From: Candidatus Omnitrophota bacterium
GTDB taxonomy: Bacteria > Omnitrophota > Gorgyraeia > Zapsychrales > Fredricksoniimonadaceae
Reading direction: 5' to 3'
DNA: 64,000 nucleotides
Assembly (NCBI GenBank): GCA_044225175.1
Contig: JBGAJA010000006.1
Coordinates: forward strand, 65,049-129,048
Shown: positions 9,142 to 18,285 of the stretch, one piece after another
How the letters are laid out: every line of letters begins with the position of its first letter
Numbering within the stretch: position 1 is the first letter of the stretch
Notes under the pieces: generated by a model
What the model saw: the letters and a program-made list of their open reading frames with translations, nothing else
Database searches by the model: none
Told to the model about the DNA's origin: nothing
Position numbers and translations under genes: made by a program

Positions 9142-10247
9142 AATTTTGTTTTAATTGCGGTCAATCCGATGATTAAGAAGATAAGAGGAGCAACGAAGGC
9201 GCAGCTCCAGGTGGGGAGTCCGTCGCCTTTTCCTAAGGCAAGACCTACGGCATCAATGACGTAATACGAAAATCCAATAATTAAGGCAATTCCAATCGAC
9301 GTAAATGTAGCAGCTTTTCTTTTGCCTGAACTCGATAATGCAAATGGAAGTCCTGCTAGAACAATTACAATGATTCGCAAGGGCAGAGCGATTTTCTCAA
9401 AGAGATCAACTTTGAGGTTGTTGACGGTTTTAATGGCCCCGCTTCCGGAAAAACGATTGATATAGCTGCTTAATTGTTTGATATTCATAGCATTCACATC
9501 GAGGCGCTGTTTAACAAAGTCTTTTGGTGTTTCTTTAATATCCATGAGTTTTTCTGGATAGACTTTAACTTCTCCTGGGACATTAGGAAGTGCCGAGTTA
9601 TAAGTTGTAATTTGGCAATTATAAAATTTCCAGGCAATTCCAGTCCATACCCCTTTTAAAGCCACAATCTTTTCAACCAGGTTCTGATCTTTGTCATGAC
9701 CAACGATAGAAATACCTTGAAGGACATTGGTATTAGGATCAAATGTATCCACAAAGAATAAACGGTTTTTTAAGCCATATAATGTAAAGTTTTTGATAGT
9801 AGGAAGTCCCTTACTTTTTTCCGAAACAGTGATCTTGATTTTGGCATCCCGAATTTCCTGGTTAACAATCGATGAAGAAGGAACAAAGCATTCGTTAATT
9901 AGAAAAACGCATGCAGAGATGACTAAGGTAAATACCAGTGCTGGCTTCGTAACTTGCCAGAAGTTCATTCCGCTTGTTCGAATAGCTACGATTTCGTTGT
10001 GATTGGAAAGGTTACTATAAGTAAAAAGTACAGCCATCAAGCATCCCATGGTAGATGTATTAACAATGATTCGAGGAAGAAAAGTGATGTAATACTGAAC
10101 TATGGTCTCCCAACCAACTTGTTTTTCTATGAAATCTTGAAGGTTCCCAAAGGCATCTATTAAAATAAACAAAAAGGCAAATGTAATGAGCATGCCTATA
10201 AAAATTCCAGCAATAGATTTGAGGATGTAGCGATCTAGGATGCGCAT
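9138..10247 (-). CDS. lptG: LPS export ABC transporter permease, LptF/LptG family (LptG-like)
   Basis: ILDRYI start, NEIVAIRTSG motif, 3+3 TM helices around a periplasmic beta-jellyroll; second gene of the pair. Confidence 0.8.
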   Translation of the reverse strand: MRILDRYILKSIAGIFIGMLITFAFLFILIDAFGNLQDFIEKQVGWETIVQYYITFLPRIIVNTSTMGCLMAVLFTYSNLSNHNEIVAIRTSGMNFWQVTKPALVFTLVISACVFLINECFVPSSSIVNQEIRDAKIKITVSEKSKGLPTIKNFTLYGLKNRLFFVDTFDPNTNVLQGISIVGHDKDQNLVEKIVALKGVWTGIAWKFYNCQITTYNSALPNVPGEVKVYPEKLMDIKETPKDFVKQRLDVNAMNIKQLSSYINRFSGSGAIKTVNNLKVDLFEKIALPLRIIVIVLAGLPFALSSSGKRKAATFTSIGIALIIGFSYYVIDAVGLALGKGDGLPTWSCAFVAPLIFLIIGLTAIKTKF

Positions 10248-11323
10248 AATTTCCAATTCATAATAACCACAACAATGCCTCCAATGATATCAGGAATCCA
10301 CATGGTTAATGCAGGGTTTAAGACATTCTGTGTGGCAATTCCTTGACAGGCCAAAGACAAGATATAGTAGGGTGCCGCAAAAAGAATAGCATAGAGAATA
10401 TTGGCCGATTTAGCTCTTTTATGAGTGATGACAGCAAAAGGAAATCCTAGAAGGATAAACATAAGAGGTGTCAAAGACCAAGCTAGTCTTCGGTGATATT
10501 CCGTGATCAAAGGGGAGGGGTCAATTGCCATCTTTTTTAACTCCTCAGTTCTTTGTTGAAGTTCCTTGAGGGTCATGGCTTTGGGTTTTTTGTCTAATTT
10601 GGTGTTCTTTTTAGACATATCCATGGTAATAAAAGAGTTTTGAAAGTTGAGCTTATAAAAATTGTTGGGATTTTTTAAGTCTGGCTCATCAGAAGTCCCA
10701 TTGATGAGCTTTAACATTAACTTATCCTGTCCAGGAACTTTAACAAATTCGCCTTCTTGAGCTACGATAGTTCGTGTTGGTCTGTTGGCTTGGGGTTGAT
10801 AAATCCTGACCCCATAGAGGCGGTCATTCTCAATGCGATAAATGAAAACGACATATTTATCAAAAGCATTAATAAATGTACCTGGTTCAAGGAGAGCATT
10901 GGGGTTTTGGGCCCCTGTTTGTTGGAGAATTTTCGTCTGAGCATCATAGGCCATTGGAATGACACGGTCGTTAAGGATATGAACAAAAAGACATAATGCA
11001 ATTCCAACCACAATAAGAGGTGTCAATAGTCTTCGTAAGTACACTCCGCTTGCGCGCATGGCAAGAATTTCGTTTTCTGCAGAAAGTTTTCCAAATGTCA
11101 GAATGACTGTCACTAAGCAGGCAATTGGAAGAGTGTAACCTAAGAGTATGGGGATATAAAAAAGAAAGATCTTGCTGATGGCAACTAAAGATACTCCTTT
11201 ATTAATGACTTTGTTGGCAAGCTGGGGAAGGTATCCCAATAAGAATACAGAAGTCAAAACACTGATAGAAATAGTAAAAGGGACTACACATTCATTAAGG
11301 ATATAATTGCGAAGAATTCTCAT
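10235..11323 (-). CDS. lptF: LPS export ABC transporter permease, LptF/LptG family (LptF-like)
   Basis: FGKLSAENEILAMRASG motif, EYHRR, same topology; first gene of the pair. Confidence 0.8.
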   Translation of the reverse strand: MRILRNYILNECVVPFTISISVLTSVFLLGYLPQLANKVINKGVSLVAISKIFLFYIPILLGYTLPIACLVTVILTFGKLSAENEILAMRASGVYLRRLLTPLIVVGIALCLFVHILNDRVIPMAYDAQTKILQQTGAQNPNALLEPGTFINAFDKYVVFIYRIENDRLYGVRIYQPQANRPTRTIVAQEGEFVKVPGQDKLMLKLINGTSDEPDLKNPNNFYKLNFQNSFITMDMSKKNTKLDKKPKAMTLKELQQRTEELKKMAIDPSPLITEYHRRLAWSLTPLMFILLGFPFAVITHKRAKSANILYAILFAAPYYILSLACQGIATQNVLNPALTMWIPDIIGGIVVVIMNWKLCAS

Positions 11324-12045
11324 GGGGTTATTGCTAAGGTTAAAACTCCTACATAGGCTGCGCCTGCATCTTTAAGCGATTGAGATGCAGCGTTAGCTGT
11401 GGCTGCTGTTGTTAACAAATCATCGACGATTAATATACTTTTGTCGCCGATCTTTAAAGAATGGTTTATTCTAAAAGCACCCTCTACGTTTGTCCAGCGT
11501 TGTTTTGCATCCAATTTAGTCTGAGTTTCTGTAAACTTGATTCGAGAAATGAGATCCTTTGAGTGGGGGATTTCGTAGTGATCACAAATCATCTGGCTTA
11601 ATAGTTGAGACTGATTAAATCCTCTTTCGCGGTGTCGAGTTGAGTGAATAGGGATAGGAGTTATGATATCAAAGTTGTGGATAGGGACATGATAAGTATC
11701 TATAAATTCTATTATAAGTTTTGTAAATATTCTTCGTAAATGTGTTTTTCCATGATATTTAAATGAGTGTATAAGGTCAGTTAAGGGTTCTTCATAGAGA
11801 CAAGCAGACCAGGCAGCATCAAAATGATAGTTTGTAGTTAAGCAAGAAGGGCAAAGGCCTTGATCATTGAAAATGAGAACATGTCTGGAACAAGTTAAAC
11901 AAAAAGGAGGGCAGTTCATTTTGATCGATGATAAACATGATTGGCATAGCGTGTGTTGATGAGATGAGCCTAAATACTCTTTACATAAAAAGCAATTATC
12001 AGGAAAGATAATTTCTTTGAAACCTTGTAGTAAGTTTTGGATCAT
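11320..12045 (-). CDS. comF: ComF family competence protein (double zinc ribbon + phosphoribosyltransferase)
   Basis: FPDNCFLC..CQSC..CLTC..CPSC zinc ribbons, ERGFNQS, ILIVDDLLTT. Confidence 0.92.
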   Translation of the reverse strand: MIQNLLQGFKEIIFPDNCFLCKEYLGSSHQHTLCQSCLSSIKMNCPPFCLTCSRHVLIFNDQGLCPSCLTTNYHFDAAWSACLYEEPLTDLIHSFKYHGKTHLRRIFTKLIIEFIDTYHVPIHNFDIITPIPIHSTRHRERGFNQSQLLSQMICDHYEIPHSKDLISRIKFTETQTKLDAKQRWTNVEGAFRINHSLKIGDKSILIVDDLLTTAATANAASQSLKDAGAAYVGVLTLAITP

Positions 12046-12171
12046 GAGTCATCTCGACGTATTAAGTTTGTAGATCTCCTCGATAGATACAGAAAATAAA
12101 ATCTATTTTGGATTTGGTTTATCATACCATATAATAAATTTCTCTATTAAAGTTTATCTGTGGAGGTATGT

Positions 12172-12474
12172 ATGAGAAAATCGTTAATCCTTAGTGCTCT
12201 AATTTTGTTGGTTCCACTGACAGCTTGGGCCGGCTATACTTCCAATCTTGTGATTCTTGATAAAAAAGAGATTTCAAAATTATCTGATGAAGAATTAACT
12301 AATGTTTATATGGATACATGGGTTGATGCGCAGGCTCGAAAAGATTTCTTTAATCATTTTGGTATGGCAGGCAAAGACCTTGATGAATATAAGGCTGTCA
12401 TGAAATACCGACTTTTGCTTTTAATGGAAGTGCACAGTCGTAACATAGATATCCCTCAATTTGATCGTTATTAA
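12172..12474 (+). CDS. Hypothetical secreted protein
   Basis: GGAGG RBS before ATG 12172; signal peptide ending AWA; no recognisable domain. Confidence 0.7.
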   Translation: MRKSLILSALILLVPLTAWAGYTSNLVILDKKEISKLSDEELTNVYMDTWVDAQARKDFFNHFGMAGKDLDEYKAVMKYRLLLLMEVHSRNIDIPQFDRY

Positions 12475-12479
12475 ATTCT

Positions 12480-12510
12480 TGTAAAGACAAGGCATTCCCT
12501 CGTCTCTACA
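12480..12510. repeat. REP-like palindrome, GTAG family (degenerate copy)
   Basis: TGTAAAGACAAGGCATTCCCTCGTCTCTACA; related to copies at 36720 and 49125. Confidence 0.65.
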
Positions 12511-12532
12511 TCTTAATTAGAAAGCGAATTCC

Positions 12533-13090
12533 ATGAATACAACTATTGAAGAAGCGCGCAGCAAATTGTTAGGTATTTTGAAAAAAGAGGCCTTTACTAA
12601 GGGCAAATTCATACTTTCTTCCGGAAAAGAGAGTAGTTTTTATCTCGATGCTAGGATCGTCACATTGAGTGCTCCTGGTGCATACTTAACAGGGCGGATC
12701 ATTTTGGATATGGTTAAGAATGATCATATTGACGCCATCGGAGGTCCAACATTGGGCGCAGATCCTATGGTGGGAGCTGTGGCTTCTTTGAGTTATCAAG
12801 CAGAAAACCCTATTCCTACATTTATTATCCGTAAAACTCCCAAGGCCCACGGTAAAGGTCAGCAAGTTGAAGGTCCGGCATTAAAAGAAGGATCTTCTGT
12901 TGTCATTATTGATGATGTGGCCACTACCGGAAAAGCTTTTGTAGAATCAATTGAGGTTCTACAGAAGATGAATGTCAAGATTGTTAAAGCTATTTGTGTT
13001 ATCGATCGAGGTGAAGGGGCCAAAGAAGCTTTGGCCAAATTTAATGTTCCTATGGAGTCTATATTTACGATTGATCAATTTTTATCATGA
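12533..13090 (+). CDS. pyrE: Orotate phosphoribosyltransferase
   Basis: FILSSGKESSFYLD, IRK..K.HG, PRPP motif VIIDDVATTG. Confidence 0.95.
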   Translation: MNTTIEEARSKLLGILKKEAFTKGKFILSSGKESSFYLDARIVTLSAPGAYLTGRIILDMVKNDHIDAIGGPTLGADPMVGAVASLSYQAENPIPTFIIRKTPKAHGKGQQVEGPALKEGSSVVIIDDVATTGKAFVESIEVLQKMNVKIVKAICVIDRGEGAKEALAKFNVPMESIFTIDQFLS

Positions 13091-13668
13091 CCCTTAAGCT
13101 TATTCTGGCATCCGCATCCCCGCAGCGTAAAAAGCTTATTAAGTTGCTTGGTCTTCCCGTTAAGGTGATTCCAAGTAAGGCCCAGGAGCAAGATGTCATA
13201 ACTAAAGATGTAAAACATTTGGTTGAGTTTAATGCTTTGATAAAGGCAAAAGAGGTTGCTTCCCGTGTTTCCTCAGGAATTATTATTGGTTGTGATACAG
13301 TTGTATTTTCCCACAAAGGCCGTTTGATTTTAAAGCCTAAAGATTTGAAACAAGCTAAATATAATCTGCAAGAATTGATGGAGCATCCTCACTGGGTTTA
13401 TTCAGGACTGGCTTTAATTGATGCTAAATCTGGAAAAACATTAATTGGTTGTGAGAGAACCAAAGTCTTTATGAATCCATTAACCTCAAAATCGATTGAT
13501 CAATATCATCGCAAGGTTTCTCCTCTAGATAAAGCAGGAGGGTTCGACATCGAGGGCACTGGAGCATTGTTTATTCCTCGTATTGAAGGCTGTTATTTTA
13601 ATGTCGTTGGTCTTCCTTTAGCAAAACTCACTAAAATGTTGAAGGCATTTAATGTGAACATATTATGA
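13087..13668 (+). CDS. maf: Maf family nucleoside triphosphate pyrophosphatase
   Basis: LILASASPQR, GCDTVV, DKAGGF, NVVGLP motifs. Confidence 0.93.
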   Translation: MTLKLILASASPQRKKLIKLLGLPVKVIPSKAQEQDVITKDVKHLVEFNALIKAKEVASRVSSGIIIGCDTVVFSHKGRLILKPKDLKQAKYNLQELMEHPHWVYSGLALIDAKSGKTLIGCERTKVFMNPLTSKSIDQYHRKVSPLDKAGGFDIEGTGALFIPRIEGCYFNVVGLPLAKLTKMLKAFNVNIL

Positions 13669-14444
13669 GATTCTTGAGTCTGTTGATCTGTAGTTTATGC
13701 TTTACAATTTTGATGGGCTGCGAGACCCAATATAATGCAGCTTTGCATCATCAGGAAACCTTATTATATGGAGATGAAAAGGAAAAAAGTATAGGAGCTT
13801 CCGCTGCCCTTTCTGTTGAGAAAACTTCGAAGATTAATACAGATGTGGATGTTAATGAGAGGGTTCGGAGAGTCTTAGATAAGATTGTAGCTGTTTGTGA
13901 TCGTCAAGACTTGGTCTACACTATTCGTGTCGTTGATGAGGATGTGATGAATGCCTTTAGTTTGCCAGGGGGATATGTATATATTTATAAAGGTCTACTC
14001 GATAAAATGGATAATGATGATCAGCTAGCTGGTGTCATAGGCCATGAAGTGGCGCACATTGTAGCCAAACATGCACTCAAACGTCTACAGGCAGCCTATG
14101 GAGCAACTATTCTTGAGGGTGCAGCTGTTGCGAGTGGTCATATCAATATGGCGGCAGGCATGGACCTAGCTATTTCATCTGTTTTTTTCGAGAATTCTAG
14201 AGAAGATGAATTTCAATCGGATCGCTTAGGCCTAAAATATATGTCACTTGCGGGTTATGATCCTCATCAAATGAAGATTATGTTAGGCAAATTGCTTAAA
14301 GCCCAGACAAAACTAGGTCTACAACCTAAAAGTTATTGGAGAAGTCATCCGTACATTCCTCTTCGTATAGCTAAGGTAGACCAAGAGGCTAATGGAAAAG
14401 TTCAATTTAAAGACTATTTAAATTTGACGGGAGAAGAACGATGA
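13665..14444 (+). CDS. M48 family zinc metallopeptidase, probable lipoprotein
   Basis: Lipobox-like LMGC, NAFSLPGG, HEVAH zinc motif, SREDEFQSD, SHP. Confidence 0.9.
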   Translation: MRFLSLLICSLCFTILMGCETQYNAALHHQETLLYGDEKEKSIGASAALSVEKTSKINTDVDVNERVRRVLDKIVAVCDRQDLVYTIRVVDEDVMNAFSLPGGYVYIYKGLLDKMDNDDQLAGVIGHEVAHIVAKHALKRLQAAYGATILEGAAVASGHINMAAGMDLAISSVFFENSREDEFQSDRLGLKYMSLAGYDPHQMKIMLGKLLKAQTKLGLQPKSYWRSHPYIPLRIAKVDQEANGKVQFKDYLNLTGEER

Positions 14445-14872
14445 GATCTAATTTTCTTTTCATGGTCTTAGTTTTTTTCAGTCAGAATATTTATGCCTCT
14501 TCAGTTTGCAGTGAAAAAACATGTCTTGAGGTGGAGGTTGTTTCCAAAGAAGAGGATTTGATGCGTGGTTTGCAGGGAAGAAATGGGTTGGGAGAGAATA
14601 AGGGAATGTTCTTTGTGTTTGACCATGAGGATATCTATCGATTTTGGATGAAAGATATGAAATTCTCGATCGATATACTTTGGTTAGATTCAAAAGGAAA
14701 AATTATTAATGTGGCTTCTGCATGTCCACCCTGTCTTCAAGAACCCTGCGAGGTGTATGCCCCTTTAGATAAAGCTAGGTATGTTCTGGAAGTTGCCAGT
14801 GGATATGCTTTAACGCATGACTTTAAAAAAGGCGACACTCTTCAATTGAAAGACATCTTTAAAACTCTATGA
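14441..14872 (+). CDS. DUF192 domain protein
   Basis: RGLQGR..GMFFVF..FWMKDM.FSIDILW..YVLEV motifs. Confidence 0.88.
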   Translation: MRSNFLFMVLVFFSQNIYASSVCSEKTCLEVEVVSKEEDLMRGLQGRNGLGENKGMFFVFDHEDIYRFWMKDMKFSIDILWLDSKGKIINVASACPPCLQEPCEVYAPLDKARYVLEVASGYALTHDFKKGDTLQLKDIFKTL

Positions 14873-15714
14873 TTATCTTTATATGTTTAAGTCTTTTTTT
14901 TCTCATAATTATCTTTCGTTTAGTAGTTGAGAATCGTCAACTTCGTCAAGAAATTCATCATCAAACACAAAAATTAGAAGTAACTATTAAAGAACTTAAA
15001 ACCGCCCAAATTCGTCTCATGGAAAGCGGAAAAACTTCTGCTCTGGCTGCTCTCAGTGCTGGTATTTTGCATCAAATTAGTCAGCCTATTACAGCGATTC
15101 ATGGATTTGTTCGATTTATGAAAAAAGAAATGAAACCTGAAGATGTTTTTTATAAACCGGTTTCAATTATGGAAGAACAATCTACCTACATGCGTGAAAT
15201 GCTTGAAAATCTGATGGAATTAGTTAGGCATCGTAAGATCCAAAAGGATGCGGTTGATGTTAATGTGGTTCTTAATAAGGCTCTAAATTTGCTTAGTGAT
15301 GAGCTGCGTATTCGTCGTATTGGCTGGGATATCAAATTGGACCCTCACATTCCTCAGGTGTTTGCTGATGCGGTTCATCTGCAGCAAGTTTTCATGAATT
15401 TGGCAGTTAATGCAATGGAAGCTTTAATTGAGAAACCTGCAGGTGAGATCAGGGTTTTAGAAGTATCATCTCATTGGGACATCATGCAAGAATCAGCAAT
15501 TATTCGATTTAAAGATAATGGCCCAGGAATGGCACCTGATGTTCAGTCTAAAATCTTTGATCCCTTTTTTTCTACCAAGGAAAAAGGTTCTGGGATAGGA
15601 TTAGCCCTCTGCTATGATTTAATTAATGAGCACGGAGGACATATCAAGGTTGAGAGTAATGAAGAAGGGACCACATTTACAATTGATTTGCCATGTCTTA
15701 AAAGAATCGCCTAG
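14869..15714 (+). CDS. Sensor histidine kinase (NtrB-like, minimal input region)
   Basis: H-box GILHQISQP, N-box QVFMNLAVNA, DNGPG, FDPFFSTK, GSGIGL. Confidence 0.92.
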   Translation: MIIFICLSLFFLIIIFRLVVENRQLRQEIHHQTQKLEVTIKELKTAQIRLMESGKTSALAALSAGILHQISQPITAIHGFVRFMKKEMKPEDVFYKPVSIMEEQSTYMREMLENLMELVRHRKIQKDAVDVNVVLNKALNLLSDELRIRRIGWDIKLDPHIPQVFADAVHLQQVFMNLAVNAMEALIEKPAGEIRVLEVSSHWDIMQESAIIRFKDNGPGMAPDVQSKIFDPFFSTKEKGSGIGLALCYDLINEHGGHIKVESNEEGTTFTIDLPCLKRIA

Positions 15715-15724
15715 AGGAGAAGCT

Positions 15725-16111
15725 ATGACAATGCCCCCATCAAATCCTATTAAGATATTAGTTGTTGATGATAAGAAGGTGATCCAAGATTTCTTCGAGA
15801 TTACTTTAGGTTATTATGGTCATTTGATTACTGGAGTCCAGGATCCTCGTCTTGCAACCAAGATTGTTAAAGAACATTCTTTTGATATTGCCTTCATTGA
15901 CATGGTGATGCCGGAAAAGGAAGGCGTAGAAGTCTTAAAATCACTTAAAGAAATTTGTCCTACACTGCCTGTAGTTATGATGAGTGGATATTCCATTCAA
16001 GAAAAGAAGGATGAGGCCCTACGTTTAGGGGCCATGGGTTGTCTTAAGAAACCTTTTGAGTTAGAAGATGTTAGAAAAGTAGTTAAACAAGTGATTGATA
16101 GGGATCTATGA
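15725..16111 (+). CDS. Single-domain response regulator (CheY-like receiver)
   Basis: ILVVDD, phospho-Asp DMVMP, MMSG, KPF; GAGGAG RBS before ATG 15725. Confidence 0.9.
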   Translation: MTMPPSNPIKILVVDDKKVIQDFFEITLGYYGHLITGVQDPRLATKIVKEHSFDIAFIDMVMPEKEGVEVLKSLKEICPTLPVVMMSGYSIQEKKDEALRLGAMGCLKKPFELEDVRKVVKQVIDRDL

Positions 16112-16866
16112 GCACTAAAAACACTGTATCTGATTTACATTTAGATTCTTCTGAAAGAACCCTTCTTCATGGAGAAATTATTCAAAATAAAGTTTTCTTA
16201 AGAAAGCTATACATTGATTTTTATCGACGATTTCAAAAAGTAATCAAAGATCTTCCATCAAATGGATGTTACGTTGAGCTAGGTAGCGGAGGAGGATTCA
16301 TTAAAGAAGTTCTGCCTCGCGTCATCACATCTGATGTAATGCCTCTTCCTATGATTGATCAGCAATTTTCTGCACTTCAAATGCCTTTTGCTTCAGAAAG
16401 TGTCGATGCATTTATGATGATCAATGTTTTTCATCATATTCCTAATGCAGAGCTATTTTTGAAGGAAGCAAGTCGATGCCTTAAAAAAGATGGAAAAATT
16501 ATCATGGTTGAGCCGGCCAACACACCTTTTGCACGATGGATTTACCAGAATTTTCATCATGAAGATTTCGATGTTAAAGGGGAGTGGTTCTTTGAATCAA
16601 AAGGGCCCTTATCTTCGGCTAATGGTGCATTGCCTTTTATTGTTTTTTTGCGTGACCGACTAGAGTTTACAAAGAAATTTCCCGAACTCAGAATTACAAA
16701 AATTGCACCGGATACGCCATTTCGTTATTTGCTTAGCGGAGGGTTATCTTCTAATTTTTCAATGCCGGGATTTTCGTTTGAATTCTTTAGTGCGTTAGAA
16801 AGAGTATTGACGCCAGTTAATCCTCTGTTGGGGATGTTCTACACGATTGAAATTACAAAAACTTGA
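16108..16866 (+). CDS. Class I SAM-dependent methyltransferase
   Basis: VELGSGGG motif I, VFHHI, MVEP. Confidence 0.85.
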   Translation: MSTKNTVSDLHLDSSERTLLHGEIIQNKVFLRKLYIDFYRRFQKVIKDLPSNGCYVELGSGGGFIKEVLPRVITSDVMPLPMIDQQFSALQMPFASESVDAFMMINVFHHIPNAELFLKEASRCLKKDGKIIMVEPANTPFARWIYQNFHHEDFDVKGEWFFESKGPLSSANGALPFIVFLRDRLEFTKKFPELRITKIAPDTPFRYLLSGGLSSNFSMPGFSFEFFSALERVLTPVNPLLGMFYTIEITKT

Positions 16867-18274
16867 TCTTCTTCATCGCAAATCCACACATCTTAAAGAG
16901 TAATAATCCATGCCTGAATCGTTGAATTTGCGTTGTACCGTATTGACGGTTCTTGTAGCGGATAGGAACTTCAACAACCTTAAGATTTTGTTTAATGGCT
17001 CCAAATATGAGGTCAAAATCACCAAAGGGGTCAAAATCACCGAAATAGTGTCGATTGGCAGCTAGTTCTGTGTAATGGTGCCGTAAGATGACCTTCGTAC
17101 CACACAATGTATCTTTGAATCTCTGCCCTAGAAGCCAGCTGAAGAATAGTCCAAAGAATTTATTAGCAATCAGATTTAAGAAACGCATGGCTTCATCTTC
17201 CATAGGATAAACAAGTCTACAACCATTGATAAATTCTCCCTTACCAGTTTGGATTGCGTGATAGAACTTAGGTAATTCTTCAGGGGGTACGGTTAAATCT
17301 GCATCTAAAATCATCAGAATGTCACATGTGGCATGGCTAAATCCTAAGCGGACCGCGTCACCTTTGCCTTTGCCTTGTTGCCTAAAGAGTTTGATGTCCT
17401 TATGAGGATATTTTGACATAACACGCTCAACTTCTTCATAGGTCCCATCCTTAGAATGGCCTTCTACAAAAATAAATTCCTGATGTTTTCCAAATTCAGG
17501 AGTACGTGTTATGGCCGATTCAATATTTCCTTTTTCATTACGACAAGGAACAAGGATCGTTACAGAGTAGTCTTGTCGTAGCTCTATCTGGGGGCGGGCA
17601 ATGATAAAGTGGCTCAAAGTTAAACCATTAAATAAAGGTAGCTTGGCAAGGAACTTGTTGATTACATAACTAATACCCCAAATGTTAACAGGTAAAAGTA
17701 TGGCCCGATCTGTGCGGATATTCTCAAAGTTACTCAAGTTTAGGAAATTGATAATATCTTTTTCTGTTAGCCAATTCTGTCCAATGCGAGGAATAGTAAG
17801 GTGACACTTTTCAGCAGCTTTTAAGATGAGTTGCCATAAATAACTATGATACTCAATAATAATTCTTGTATCAGAAGTGCAGAATTTTCTTAATGAATTA
17901 AAAAAACTTTCAATATCTAAAAGATCCTCTACCAGTACAGGAAGGATGATGTAGTCAAATTTTTCTTGAGAATCAAAATGATCAATAGTGCCTTTGACAA
18001 ATTGAAGATGAGGGTATTTAGATTTTCCAAGTTCAATCATTTTTGGGCTTAAGTCAATGCCGACCCCAATAGAAGGTTCTAGGCTGGCCAATAAATCACC
18101 GGAGCTGCAACCAACAGCTAATATTTTTTTGCCTTTAGGAATAAAAAATCGGTACTGCTTTTGTCTAAGGCTCTCATAATACTTTCGCCGATGACTTAAT
18201 TTCTCATAATGATTGGCAATATGATCGTAGTGTTGTGAAATTTTTTGAAGTGTGATTTGGTCTGAGCTGCTCAT
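16853..18274 (-). CDS. Methyltransferase-like domain fused to GT2 glycosyltransferase (DPM/DPG-synthase-like)
   Basis: N-terminal LAVGCSSGDLL..GIDLS; C-terminal LVPCRNE, GKGDAVR.GF, ILDADL, DTLCGTK, FGDFDL. Confidence 0.88.
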   Translation of the reverse strand: MSSSDQITLQKISQHYDHIANHYEKLSHRRKYYESLRQKQYRFFIPKGKKILAVGCSSGDLLASLEPSIGVGIDLSPKMIELGKSKYPHLQFVKGTIDHFDSQEKFDYIILPVLVEDLLDIESFFNSLRKFCTSDTRIIIEYHSYLWQLILKAAEKCHLTIPRIGQNWLTEKDIINFLNLSNFENIRTDRAILLPVNIWGISYVINKFLAKLPLFNGLTLSHFIIARPQIELRQDYSVTILVPCRNEKGNIESAITRTPEFGKHQEFIFVEGHSKDGTYEEVERVMSKYPHKDIKLFRQQGKGKGDAVRLGFSHATCDILMILDADLTVPPEELPKFYHAIQTGKGEFINGCRLVYPMEDEAMRFLNLIANKFFGLFFSWLLGQRFKDTLCGTKVILRHHYTELAANRHYFGDFDPFGDFDLIFGAIKQNLKVVEVPIRYKNRQYGTTQIQRFRHGLLLFKMCGFAMKKIKFL

Positions 18275-18285
18275 ACATTCTCTTT

